This document shows, piece after piece, positions 17,731 through 27,707 of a DNA stretch of 64,000 nt; positions within the stretch are counted from its first letter, which is position 1; each line of letters begins with the position of its first letter. The notes under the pieces are model-generated. The model had not been told where the DNA came from. It worked only from the letters and a program-made list of their open reading frames with translations, and searched no databases. Source of the stretch: Clostridia bacterium (GTDB taxonomy: Bacteria; Bacillota; Clostridia; Oscillospirales; Acutalibacteraceae). Where the stretch lies: NCBI GenBank assembly GCA_017550895.1, contig JAFZNN010000236.1, forward strand, positions 1,232 to 65,231. Direction: 5' to 3'. A program made the position numbers and the translations under genes.

Positions 17731-18549
17731 ATGAAATACTATCTTTACAATTCCCTGGCAAACAACGGCATCCGGCCGGCGGTCGCCCCGGGCACGGAGC
17801 TGGTGGATGCGGTCGGCATGGATTATCCGGCGTATCTGGCAAAGCTCGCGCCTGAGGATGAGGTCGTCCTTGTTGGCGGCGACGGCACGGTCAACTACTT
17901 TGTCAACGCGGTCAAAGGCGTCGAGATCAAGAACAACATTTACCTGCTCGGAAGCGGAACCGGCAACGACTTCCTCAACGACATCGGCAAAAAGCCGGGC
18001 GAAGAGGTCCTGCTCAACCCCTATCTTACCAATCTGCCCACCGTGTATGTGAACGGCATGGAAAAGCTCTTCATCAACAACATGGGCTTCGGCATCGACG
18101 GCTACTGCTGCGAGGTCGCGGATCAGATCAAAGAAAAAAACCCGCAGGAGAAGATCGATTACACCGGCATCGCCATCAAGGGTCTGTTGTTCCACTTCAA
18201 GCCCTGCCGCGCGGAGGTCACGGTCGACGGCGTGAAGCACCTTTTTGAAAACGTGTGGATCGCGCCGACGATGAAGGGCAAGTTTTACGGCGGCGGCATG
18301 CAGATGGCGCCGGATCAGGATCGTTTTTCCGGCAAGGTGACCGCGGTGGTCTATCACTCCCGCTCGAAGCTCAAGGCGCTCATGACCTTCCCGTCCATCT
18401 TCAAGGGCGAGCACACGTCAAAGACCGATATGGTCAGCATCTTCACCGGCAATGAGATCCGGGTGCGCTTCGACCGCCCCTGCGCCGCGCAGATCGACGG
18501 CGAAACGGTTCTGAACGTGATGGAATACACCGCCGTTCAGCCGAAATAA
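17731..18549 (+). CDS. diacylglycerol/lipid kinase family protein
   Basis: GGDGTVN and GSGTGNDF motifs. Confidence 0.85.
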   Translation: MKYYLYNSLANNGIRPAVAPGTELVDAVGMDYPAYLAKLAPEDEVVLVGGDGTVNYFVNAVKGVEIKNNIYLLGSGTGNDFLNDIGKKPGEEVLLNPYLTNLPTVYVNGMEKLFINNMGFGIDGYCCEVADQIKEKNPQEKIDYTGIAIKGLLFHFKPCRAEVTVDGVKHLFENVWIAPTMKGKFYGGGMQMAPDQDRFSGKVTAVVYHSRSKLKALMTFPSIFKGEHTSKTDMVSIFTGNEIRVRFDRPCAAQIDGETVLNVMEYTAVQPK

Positions 18550-18567
18550 ACAACAGAATACAAACGA

Positions 18568-18612
18568 CGCCGGAGGCAACGCGTGCATGCGCCGCCTCCG
18601 GCTTTGTTTTTA
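18568..18612 (+). terminator. intrinsic terminator
   Basis: GCCGGAGGC...GCCTCCGGC followed by TTTGTTTTT. Confidence 0.7.
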
Positions 18613-18846
18613 TGGATTATTTACGTCCGGCAATGCGGCCGGGCGGGAAGCCGGCGCCTCTCAGGGCTCCATCTCCCCTTCTGCAAAATACGAGTACGCG
18701 ACTTCACTGAAAATGATCAGCGCCTTCGCCGACCGGGAACACGTAATCATTGAGCGTCTTGCCCTCGATCCGCGTTTCAATGATAGGGAAGCTTCTTGTT
18801 GACGACATGCCGTCGGCGGTTGTCGTTTCAGTCTGTTTTGCGCGGA

Positions 18847-19872
18847 TCAGAACAGCGCTTTGATCACGGGAATCCGTCTGAGCACAAACGTTGCGAGGAA
18901 GGAGATGGCTGCGACGGCGAGATAGAACCCCAGCAGCTTTCCGAACACCATGCCGCTCAGCAGATCGATCTTGAAAAACTTGATGGCCAGATTGATAAAA
19001 AACGGATGGATCAGGTAAACGCCCCAGGTGCAGACCGCAAGCTCTGTCATGCCTTTGGTCGCGGGAATGGGCAGCTCCAGGAACAGGACAAACAGGCCCG
19101 ACGCCAGGAAGCAGACAAACAGGTCGGTGTAGCTCTGCGGCGCGGCCCCGAGCAACGGCGCGAGGATGCCGGCGAGAATCAGCACCGCGGAAACGCCGAT
19201 GCGCGCGCGGCGGCTGATGCGTTCAAGCGAGCATGTGGAAAACAGCAAGCCGAAGCAGACGTAGAACAGATAGGCGCCCAGCGGGAAATTGATGTTGATC
19301 TTCACCGCCGTGTGTTCCCCGATCCACGGCAGAAGAATATTCAGCAGAAACAGGAGGAAAACCAGGATCCCCTGCTCGCGCGGCGCGCGCGCTTTCGTGA
19401 AAAACGCAAACAGAAGCGGCAGCACCAGATAGATGCCGATGATGTCATAGACAAACCACATGTGATCCCACAGGTTGCGGTTGAGCACATTCAGGAAGGC
19501 GGTCCTGATCTCCTGAAGCCCGAGGTGGTTTGACGCAAACACACATTCGAGCAATCCGTAAAACAGCCCGACCGTAAACAGGACGATGATAAACTTCCTG
19601 GCCTTCTTCCATGCAAACGCGTAGGTATAGGTCGCGTGCTTTCCGCAGAAATACCCTGTCAGGATGAAAAAGACGGGGACGGACCAGTCCATCAGATAAT
19701 GAATGGTTTCCAGCGTGTGCGTCAGATCCGCGCGCAGCGCGCCCTCATAGGCATGCACAGGCGCCGAAACCACATGAATGCACACCACGGCAAGCGCCGA
19801 CAGAAACCGCAGCACATCCAGGTTCCCCATCTGTTTTTTTTCGGTTTTCACCGCCGGTTCGTTCGTGCTCAT
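18847..19872 (-). CDS. acyltransferase family 3 (OafA-like) membrane protein
   Basis: LDVLRFLSALAVVCIH, VPVFFILTGY, HMWFV and TWGVYLIHP motifs. Confidence 0.88.
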   Translation of the reverse strand: MSTNEPAVKTEKKQMGNLDVLRFLSALAVVCIHVVSAPVHAYEGALRADLTHTLETIHYLMDWSVPVFFILTGYFCGKHATYTYAFAWKKARKFIIVLFTVGLFYGLLECVFASNHLGLQEIRTAFLNVLNRNLWDHMWFVYDIIGIYLVLPLLFAFFTKARAPREQGILVFLLFLLNILLPWIGEHTAVKININFPLGAYLFYVCFGLLFSTCSLERISRRARIGVSAVLILAGILAPLLGAAPQSYTDLFVCFLASGLFVLFLELPIPATKGMTELAVCTWGVYLIHPFFINLAIKFFKIDLLSGMVFGKLLGFYLAVAAISFLATFVLRRIPVIKALF

Positions 19873-20070
19873 AACAATCACCTGTCAATCGGATCCCCGC
19901 GTTTTGTTTCCGGCAATGCGCGGGGTGTATATTTTTGATTGCAAGAAAATATTAGAATATTTCCGGTAAAATGTCAATTGGAAATCTATAAATAGGAATT
20001 TCTTTTTGCATCCGGTCGCAAGGCGCGGCTGAAGTCGAACCGAAAACGGCATCTTTTTTGTCTGAAGCAA

Positions 20071-20250
20071 TTGATTTTTGCCGATATAAAGAGTATAATA
20101 CACAAAAGAGTTAGCGAGCACTAATCGCGCGGGGCTTTTCGCCGGAAGCGCGGGCAACTGCGGCGCCGCCAACAGCGTCGATTCACAGACGCTCCCCCGC
20201 CCGCGAAAAACGCGGGAACGCCTTGCATTTTTTGATAAAATATGTATAAT
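20071..20250 (+). promoter_or_regulatory. two tandem sigma70-type promoters upstream of the GT2/TagF operon
   Basis: TTGATT-17-TATAAT (20071-20099) and TTGCAT-16-TATAAT (20223-20250). Confidence 0.55.
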
Positions 20251-20419
20251 AAAGTAGAATCACAGTATCCGCGACCTCCCGTTCGGCGCACCCCGCGCCC
20301 GAGCGCTGTGCAGCAATCATTCTCCCAATTACAGTCAACAGGGGATCGTGGTGCGATCTTCTTTGTTTTTTGTCGGATGTTTTTCCCGAATCGATCGGAC
20401 CGCCTGTGGGGGTGCTCGT

Positions 20420-21529
20420 ATGTCTGTCAAGCTGACAATCGGCTCCGCCGTATATAATGTGGATCCGCGGCTGCTCCGCGCGCATGTCGAGGGGATTCTC
20501 CGGCAGCTGACCGATGAGACGGAGCTGCTGCTGATTGACGACGGCTCCGCCGACGCCTGCGGCGCGCTCTGCCGGGCATACGCCGCGCGCAGCAGCCGCG
20601 TCAGATATATCCCGATGGGCGAAAACCGCGGGCTGAGCAGCGTGCGGAACCGCACGATTGACGAAGCGCGGGGGGAATGGATCTTTTTTGCGGACGGCGA
20701 CGACCTGCTCTCGGATCATTTCGTCGAAACCGCGTTGACCTTTTCCGGCTGCGACTGCGAAATCCTTCTGCACGACCGGCTGAAATTTCTCGACGACAAG
20801 GGCGCGGATCCGGCTTGCGCGGTCGACGCGCCGATCCCGCTGCCGGCGGACGCCGGACGGGCGCTCAGCTTATCCATCCTGTGCCTGGCGCCGTTCGACC
20901 CCGCGGCATACGGTCTTGGCAAGCACGCGTTTTATCACGCCGCGTGGGGCGCGCTCTACCGGAAATCGTTCCTCGAACGCCACGCGCTGCGGTTTCCGCC
21001 GGAGGTCAAAAAGGCGCAGGACAGCGTCTTCAACGGCGAAGCCTATTTCCGCGCGGAAAAGATCGCCTATCTCCCCTACGTCATGTATTACTACAGAAAC
21101 AACCCGCAGGGCATCACAAAGCGCTTCAGCCCCGACTATGAAAGCCTTATCCGGCCGCTGATCGCGGCGCAGCGCGCGTGCCTGCAGCGCCTGTTCCCCG
21201 GGGATCCGCAGGTCGAGGCCCTGTATGCCGACAACCGGATCATCTCCTTCGTGCTGGACGCCGTGCGGCTGAATTTCTGCCACCCGGACAACAAAAAGCC
21301 GCGGCGGCAGCGCAAAAAAGAGCTGTATGCTTTTGTAGATACCGCGCCGTTCCGGCGTGCCGTGGAGGCGTTCGATCTCACCCGGCGCGACCGGCCGGCC
21401 TGGGTCGTTCTGATCCGGCTGCTGCGGCGCCGGTGGTTCGCCGCGCTGGATCTTTCTCAGAAAAGCGCGCGCGCTTTCGCCTTTTTTCGCAAGGTGGACC
21501 GCAGGCTGAACAGCCGCCGGTCCGTTTGA
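20420..21529 (+). CDS. GT2 family glycosyltransferase
   Basis: LLLIDDGSAD, NRGLSSVRN and FFADGDD (DxD) motifs. Confidence 0.88.
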   Translation: MSVKLTIGSAVYNVDPRLLRAHVEGILRQLTDETELLLIDDGSADACGALCRAYAARSSRVRYIPMGENRGLSSVRNRTIDEARGEWIFFADGDDLLSDHFVETALTFSGCDCEILLHDRLKFLDDKGADPACAVDAPIPLPADAGRALSLSILCLAPFDPAAYGLGKHAFYHAAWGALYRKSFLERHALRFPPEVKKAQDSVFNGEAYFRAEKIAYLPYVMYYYRNNPQGITKRFSPDYESLIRPLIAAQRACLQRLFPGDPQVEALYADNRIISFVLDAVRLNFCHPDNKKPRRQRKKELYAFVDTAPFRRAVEAFDLTRRDRPAWVVLIRLLRRRWFAALDLSQKSARAFAFFRKVDRRLNSRRSV

Positions 21530-21605
21530 TCCACGCCGCAAAAGAAGCCTTGGCGGCGAGCCTCGGTTCGCTTTGCGCCGCGCCGCCGCACCGGAGGAAT
21601 GCGCC

Positions 21606-22808
21606 ATGACGATCAACAGGATAATAAACGGCGTCCGTTGGCGGATCGGATTCCTCGTGAAAACGTGCGCGGACTGCATGGAGTTTCTGAAGTATTATTT
21701 GCTTTATCCGTTCGCCGCTCTTTACCGGAACCGCGATATCTGGATTGTCTCCGAGCGCGGCACAGACGCCAGGGACAACGGCTTTCATATGTTCAGATAT
21801 CTGCGTGAAAACGATCCTTCCGGCGCGGTTTATTATATCATTTCCAAGGATTCCGCAGACAGAAAAAACGTGGCGCCTTACGGGAACATCATCAACTACG
21901 GCTCGCTGAAGCACTACCTGTTTTTCATCGCGGCAAAAGTGCGCATCAGCTCCCATTTCATGGGCACTTCGCCCGACAGAAGCTTTTACACGCGCAAGCG
22001 GGATTGGATCCGCTTGCCGGGAAAAACGGTTTTTCTGCAGCACGGGGTCATACAGTGTGATCTGAAGCAGCTGCACGCAGACAAAACCCGCCTGGATCTT
22101 TTTATCTGCGGCGCAGCGCCGGAATATGAATACGTCAAAGCGACGTTCGGCTACCGAAACAACGAGGTGCGCTACACCGGCCTTGCAAGATACGATCAGC
22201 TGCACGATTTCGAAACGAAAAAGCAGATCCTGATCATGCCGACCTGGCGAAAGACCCTGCACGCGCGCCGCGCCCGCGGCGAAGCCCTTGCCGACAGCGC
22301 CTTTGTCAAACGCTGGAATTCCCTGCTGAAGAATGAAAAGCTGCTGAACGCGGCGAAACGCGCGGGCGTCACGATCCTCTTTTACCCGCACGTCGAGCTG
22401 CAGCGGAATCCGGGTCTGTTCGTTTCGACCGACCCCCGCGTGATCCTCGCGGATTTCGCGCACTACGACGTTCAGACGCTGCTGAAGGAATCCGCGCTGC
22501 TGATTACCGATTATTCCAGCGTGCATTTTGATTTCGGCTATATGAAAAAGCCGGTGGTCTATTATCAGTTCGACGCGGAAGAATTCTTCTCCCTGCATTA
22601 TGCGCCCGGCTATTTCGACCACAAGACCATGGGCTTCGGCGAAGTGACCGACGATGAAGCCGCCCTGGTCGATTTCGTCATTGACTATATCGAAAACGGT
22701 TTTTCCGCAAAGGAACCGTACAGGCAAAGAAGCACGGCGTTCTTCCCTTTGCATGACAGAAACAACTGCAGCCGGATCTATCAGGAGATCCTGCGTCTTG
22801 AATCCTGA
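21606..22808 (+). CDS. CDP-glycerol glycerophosphotransferase (TagF/EpsJ-like), paralog 1
   Basis: DNGFHMFRY, FLQHG, ILIMPTWR and LITDYSSVHFDF motifs. Confidence 0.88.
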   Translation: MTINRIINGVRWRIGFLVKTCADCMEFLKYYLLYPFAALYRNRDIWIVSERGTDARDNGFHMFRYLRENDPSGAVYYIISKDSADRKNVAPYGNIINYGSLKHYLFFIAAKVRISSHFMGTSPDRSFYTRKRDWIRLPGKTVFLQHGVIQCDLKQLHADKTRLDLFICGAAPEYEYVKATFGYRNNEVRYTGLARYDQLHDFETKKQILIMPTWRKTLHARRARGEALADSAFVKRWNSLLKNEKLLNAAKRAGVTILFYPHVELQRNPGLFVSTDPRVILADFAHYDVQTLLKESALLITDYSSVHFDFGYMKKPVVYYQFDAEEFFSLHYAPGYFDHKTMGFGEVTDDEAALVDFVIDYIENGFSAKEPYRQRSTAFFPLHDRNNCSRIYQEILRLES

Positions 22809-22860
22809 GCGCCCGGCCGCCCGCCGTGCGCGGACAACACTCGGAATGGACAGATCTGAC

Positions 22861-24033
22861 ATGGTGAAAAAAACGATCAATTGCATGCATTATCTGTGGC
22901 TGCTCGTGCAGTACGGATTTTTCTTCGTGCTCAGCAGGTTCACGAAAAAATACCGGGATCTCTGGCTGTTTTCGGAACGCACGCTCGACGCGCGCGACAA
23001 CGCCTGGCTGCTTTTCCGGCATCTGCGCACCGCGCACCCCGAGATCCCCTGCGCCTTCGTCATTGACCGCGAAAGCCCGGATTATGAAAAGGTCCGCGCG
23101 ATCGGAAAAACCATTCAGCCGGGGTCCTTTGAGCACAACCTGGCGTTTGCCGCCGCCGGCGTCAAGATCAGCACCCACATCATGGGGTTCGCGCCGGACC
23201 GCTACCGTTTTGCCATCCTCGACAGGTATCTTTCGCTTGTCAAAGGAAAAAAGGTCATGCTCCAGCACGGCGTGACCGGCAATCTGCCCGCGGAGCTTCG
23301 CTTCCCCCGCGCCCGGCTCGATCTGCTCGTGTGCAGCACCGTGCCGGAATATGAAATGGTCTGCCGGGACTTCGGGCATCCCGCCGGCGTCGCGCAGCTG
23401 ATCGGCATGTGCCGGTTTGATCAGCTGTTTTCCCCGCATGAGATCAAGCGGCAGGTGCTCATCATGCCCACCTGGCGAAAGACGCTGAAAGACCTCGACG
23501 CAGAAGCGTTTTTGCAGACGGATTACTATCGCTGCATCAACGGCCTGCTCTCCGACGCGCGCTTGCTGTCGATCCTGGAAACATACGATCTGAAAGCCGT
23601 CCTCTATCTTCATTTTGCGCTGCAGCACAGGTCTTCGCTTTTCCGCGCGGGCAGCGACCGGGTCGAGATCCGGACGATCCACGACGCGGACATTCAGGGC
23701 CTTCTGAAGGAGTCGCAGCTTCTGATCACCGATTATTCCAGCGTGCAGTTTGATTTTGCGTATATGGAGAAGCCCCTGCTCTACTGGCAGTTTGATGAGG
23801 AGGCGTTCTTCTCCACACAGTACGGGCGCGGGCAGTTCGACTACCGGCGCGACGGGTTCGGGCCGGTGATTGACACGGCGGACACGGCCCCGGTGCTGGA
23901 TTTCGTCGAGGCAGAGGCGCGCAATCAGATGCAGATGCTGCCCGAATACAAAGAAAGATCGAAAATCTGCTTCGCCGAAAAGCGCGGCGACCACTGTGAA
24001 CAGACCTTCCGCGCCATCCGGTCCCTGCTTTAA
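22861..24033 (+). CDS. CDP-glycerol glycerophosphotransferase (TagF/EpsJ-like), paralog 2
   Basis: DNAWLLFRH, MLQHG, VLIMPTWR and LITDYSSVQFDF motifs. Confidence 0.88.
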   Translation: MVKKTINCMHYLWLLVQYGFFFVLSRFTKKYRDLWLFSERTLDARDNAWLLFRHLRTAHPEIPCAFVIDRESPDYEKVRAIGKTIQPGSFEHNLAFAAAGVKISTHIMGFAPDRYRFAILDRYLSLVKGKKVMLQHGVTGNLPAELRFPRARLDLLVCSTVPEYEMVCRDFGHPAGVAQLIGMCRFDQLFSPHEIKRQVLIMPTWRKTLKDLDAEAFLQTDYYRCINGLLSDARLLSILETYDLKAVLYLHFALQHRSSLFRAGSDRVEIRTIHDADIQGLLKESQLLITDYSSVQFDFAYMEKPLLYWQFDEEAFFSTQYGRGQFDYRRDGFGPVIDTADTAPVLDFVEAEARNQMQMLPEYKERSKICFAEKRGDHCEQTFRAIRSLL

Positions 24034-24061
24034 TCGCAACTGTTTGTCATGGAGAACCGAA

Positions 24062-25242
24062 ATGATTTTCAAACGGATTTCAAACAGCATTCATCGGAAA
24101 CTTGTCATCGTCGATGAGTTGCTGAAATACTATCTTCTGTATCCGCTGGCAGCGATCTATCGCAAGCGCGACATCTGGATCATCGCGGAGCGCGGCATGG
24201 ACGCAAGAGACAACGGGTTCCATCTGTTCAGATACATCCGGGAAACGGATCCTTCGCGCGAGGTCTATTATATCATTTCCAAAAAATCCCCGGACAGGAA
24301 ACACGTGGAGCCCTACGGAAACGTCGTCGACTACAGATCGCTGAAGCATTATCTGCTGTTCATTGCCGCAAAGGTCAAGATCAGCACGCATATCATGGGC
24401 TTCTCGCCCCACAGAGGGTTTTATTCGCGCATGATCAACCGGCTCCGCCTGCCGGGCAAAACGGTTTTCCTGCAGCACGGCGTCACGCAGTCCGACATCC
24501 GGCAGCTGTACGCAAAAAGGGCAAGGCGGATCTTTTCATCTGCGGCGCAAAGCCGGAATACGAGTTTATCCGCGCCCATTACGGCTACCGGAAGGGCGTG
24601 GTCAGATACACGGGGTTTGCAAGATACGATCATCTGCACGACCTGCAGACAAAAAAGCAGATCCTGATCATGCCCACCTGGAGGAAATCGCTCGCGCGCA
24701 TGGCCTACAGCGGCAAGTCCATTGCGGACACGGAATTTATCCGCCGCTGGAACAGTCTGCTGAACAACCGGACCTTGCTGGACGCCGCGGAGCAGGCGGG
24801 CGTCGACATCCTGTTTTATCCGCATTATGAGCTGCAGAAATTCCTGGGCCTGTTCTCCTCCGCCGGCAAAAACGTGACGATCGCGGACGCTCTGCATTAC
24901 GACGTGCAGCCGCTTCTCAAAGAATCCGCGCTGCTGGTCACGGATTACTCCAGCGTGCACTTTGATTTTGCCTATATGAAAAAGCCCTGCGTTTACTATC
25001 AGTTCGATCCCGACGCGTTTTTCACGCAGCAGTACAGAAAGGGCTATTTTGATTTTGAAACCATGGGCTTCGGGGAAGTCACGGATTCCGAAGACGCGCT
25101 GTGCGGCATCCTGATTGATTATATCAGGAACGGATTTGCGGAAAACGAAAAATTCAAGCAGCGCTGCGCGGCCTTTTTCCCGCTGCATGACAAAAACAAC
25201 TGCCGCCGGATCTATGAGGAGATCCTCCGGCTGGATCCCTGA
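24062..25242 (+). pseudogene. CDP-glycerol glycerophosphotransferase paralog 3, frameshifted
   Basis: Homology to paralog 1 switches frame at about 24513-24528; 1181 nt is one base short of a 393-aa ORF. Confidence 0.8.
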
Positions 25243-25294
25243 GCCGCTCCCGTAAGAAACGACCCGTGTTCCGCGCTGCAAAGGAGGCGCTTTT

Positions 25295-26617
25295 ATGGCG
25301 ACCAATCTGTTTCATCAAATCCTGTTTCGGCTGATCACGGCGGTGTTCGCCGCGGTCTTTGCGCTCACCTCCGGCGTGTCCGCGCGCCCGCGCGCGCTGC
25401 CGCAGACGCCCGACGATTTCACGCCGGTGCTGCGGTTTGCCGTGACGAGCGACGTGCATCTGAACGGCGACCCCGACCAGCCCGCAGCGCAGCGGCTGGC
25501 CGTGCTGCTGCAGGACAGCTACGCCTACGCCGCAGGCGAGCGCTATTCTGCGCTCGACGCGCTGATCGTGGCGGGCGATTTCGCCACCACCGGCGACGAA
25601 GCGGAATATCAGCTCTTCAACAGCATCATCGCGCGCGAACTCCGCCCGGAAACACAGCTGCTGACCGTGCTGGGCAACCATGAATTCATCAAATACCGGG
25701 ATGAGGATCCTTCTGTCGCCTACGACGTCTACCGGGCGCTCGTGCATGAGGATGTGGACCGGCATCTCGTGATCAACGGCTATCATTTCATCGCCTGCTC
25801 CTATACGCCGGACGGCAAGACCTTCAAGGAGAAAAAGCCGTGGCTCACCGAGCAGCTGGACGCCGCCTGCGCCGACACGCCGGACCGTCCCGTCTTCGTG
25901 ATTCAGCATCCGCATCCCTTCGCGACGGTTTACGGCAGCGTGAACTGGAGCGATTTCACCATCCGCACCGTGCTCGAGCGCTATCCGCAGGCGGTGGATT
26001 TCTCCGGCCATTCCCATTATGCGCCCTGTGATCCGCGCTGCATCTGGCAGGGCGCTTTCACCGCGGTCAACACCGGCTCGCTCAGCGCGCTGATGGGCAA
26101 CCTCGATTATATTTCCGGCGATGAAGACGCCCCCGGCGACTCCGCCGCCTTCTGGATCTGCGAGGCGGACGCGCAGGGCAACGTCCGGCTGAAGCTCTAT
26201 GACGCCGTCAGCCGCCGCTTCTTTGACAAGACCGACTACTATCTGCCGAATCCCGCAGAAAAAAGCAATCACTGCTACACCTGGTCCGCCCTGCAGGCGC
26301 TGGACACGGCCCCGGCCTTCCCCGCCGGTGCGCAGATCGCTGCGGAGCAGACGGACGGGAACACCGTGCTGGTCTTCCCGAACGCAGAGGGGTACTGGGG
26401 CGCCGAGGACTATAAAATCACCGTCAGAAACGGCGCGCAGGAAGCGTTTGCCGCCACCGTGATCTCGAACTACGTCCGCGCGGACGCCACGGAGATGCGC
26501 GTGGACGTCGGCGCGCTCGACGCGGGGACCTATACGGTCACGATCCGGCCGTACAGCCCCTACGCGAAGGGCGGCAAGGCGCTGACCGGCAGCATAACGA
26601 TACCGGCAACATCCTGA
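25295..26617 (+). CDS. secreted calcineurin-like metallophosphoesterase
   Basis: SDVH, AGD, GNHE, QHPH and GHSH motifs; hydrophobic N-terminus. Confidence 0.85.
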   Translation: MATNLFHQILFRLITAVFAAVFALTSGVSARPRALPQTPDDFTPVLRFAVTSDVHLNGDPDQPAAQRLAVLLQDSYAYAAGERYSALDALIVAGDFATTGDEAEYQLFNSIIARELRPETQLLTVLGNHEFIKYRDEDPSVAYDVYRALVHEDVDRHLVINGYHFIACSYTPDGKTFKEKKPWLTEQLDAACADTPDRPVFVIQHPHPFATVYGSVNWSDFTIRTVLERYPQAVDFSGHSHYAPCDPRCIWQGAFTAVNTGSLSALMGNLDYISGDEDAPGDSAAFWICEADAQGNVRLKLYDAVSRRFFDKTDYYLPNPAEKSNHCYTWSALQALDTAPAFPAGAQIAAEQTDGNTVLVFPNAEGYWGAEDYKITVRNGAQEAFAATVISNYVRADATEMRVDVGALDAGTYTVTIRPYSPYAKGGKALTGSITIPATS

Positions 26618-26633
26618 ATGATGACTGATATTG

Positions 26634-26668
26634 CACCGCAGGTCACCCCTTGCGGTGCGTTTTTTTCA
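26634..26668 (+). terminator. intrinsic terminator
   Basis: GCACCGCA-loop-TGCGGTGC-GTTTTTTT. Confidence 0.75.
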
Positions 26669-26764
26669 CTGTGCGGCACACTTTCGCACTTGCGGTTGCA
26701 CGCGCGGCGGAAATATGCTATACTCTGTTTATTCCATTTGAAAGCCGGAAAGGAGGACGTCGGC

Positions 26765-27541
26765 ATGGAATCGCGCGCCATCGATCACGGGCAGACCTTT
26801 GATTTCGGCAAAACAGCGGCCGCCTACGCCGCCTATCGGGATATTTATCCGCCTGTGCTGTACGATCGGCTGCGGGCGCTCGGCGTCGCCGCCGACGGCA
26901 CGGCCTGGCTCGATCTCGGCACGGGCACCGGCGTGCTGCCGAAAAATCTATATAACCCCGCAGCCCGCATCACCGGCGCGGACATTTCGGCGGAGCAGAT
27001 CGCCTTCGCCCGGCAGGATGCTGCGGAAAACGGGCGGCAGATCACCTATCTCGTTTCGCCGGCCGAATCCACCGGCCTGCCGGCGCACAGCTTTGACGCG
27101 ATCACCGCCGCGCAGTGCTTTTGGTATTTTGACCGGGAAACGATGCGCACGGAGCTCCTGCGCCTGCTCAAGCCGGGCGGGCTGTTTCTCAAAATCTATC
27201 TGACTTATACCATTGACGATCCGATCGCGCGGGAGAGCCACGCGCTGGTGAAAAAGCTGAACCGGAACTGGACGCCCGGCGCCTCCGGCGCAAAAGACGT
27301 CTATGACGACCTGTTTCCCGGTCGGCAGACGGAGACTTTTTTCGCGGACCTGCCCTTCACGCGCGAAAGCTGGCACGGCCGCATGTGCGCCTGCCGCGGC
27401 ACGCTCGCCTCAATGGACGCGGCGACGTTTCAGGCGTGGGAGGCGGCGCATCAGGCCTTTCTGGCGCAGTGCCCGGCGGCCTTCACCGTGCGGCACAAGC
27501 TCTATCTGACCTGGTTCAAGGTCGACGGAATGGACGCATAA
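26765..27541 (+). CDS. class I SAM-dependent methyltransferase
   Basis: LDLGTGTG, FDAITAAQCFWYF, LLKPGG. Confidence 0.88.
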   Translation: MESRAIDHGQTFDFGKTAAAYAAYRDIYPPVLYDRLRALGVAADGTAWLDLGTGTGVLPKNLYNPAARITGADISAEQIAFARQDAAENGRQITYLVSPAESTGLPAHSFDAITAAQCFWYFDRETMRTELLRLLKPGGLFLKIYLTYTIDDPIARESHALVKKLNRNWTPGASGAKDVYDDLFPGRQTETFFADLPFTRESWHGRMCACRGTLASMDAATFQAWEAAHQAFLAQCPAAFTVRHKLYLTWFKVDGMDA

Positions 27542-27707
27542 GATGCGACCTGCGTTGGACGGGATACTGAATATCGAAAAAATTTCCGGCGTCCGCACGA
27601 AGCGTCTGATGATGGCGCGCGCCTGTTTGACGGCGATCCGGGCTGGCCGGGCGGATGCGCGGCTCCCCTGCCCGACCGGGCGCCGATGATTGAGAAGAGG
27701 GACCCCT

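Noticed and set aside
27606-27612. Hammerhead ribozyme core CTGATGA
   Set aside because: No correctly spaced GAAA and flanking stems were found.
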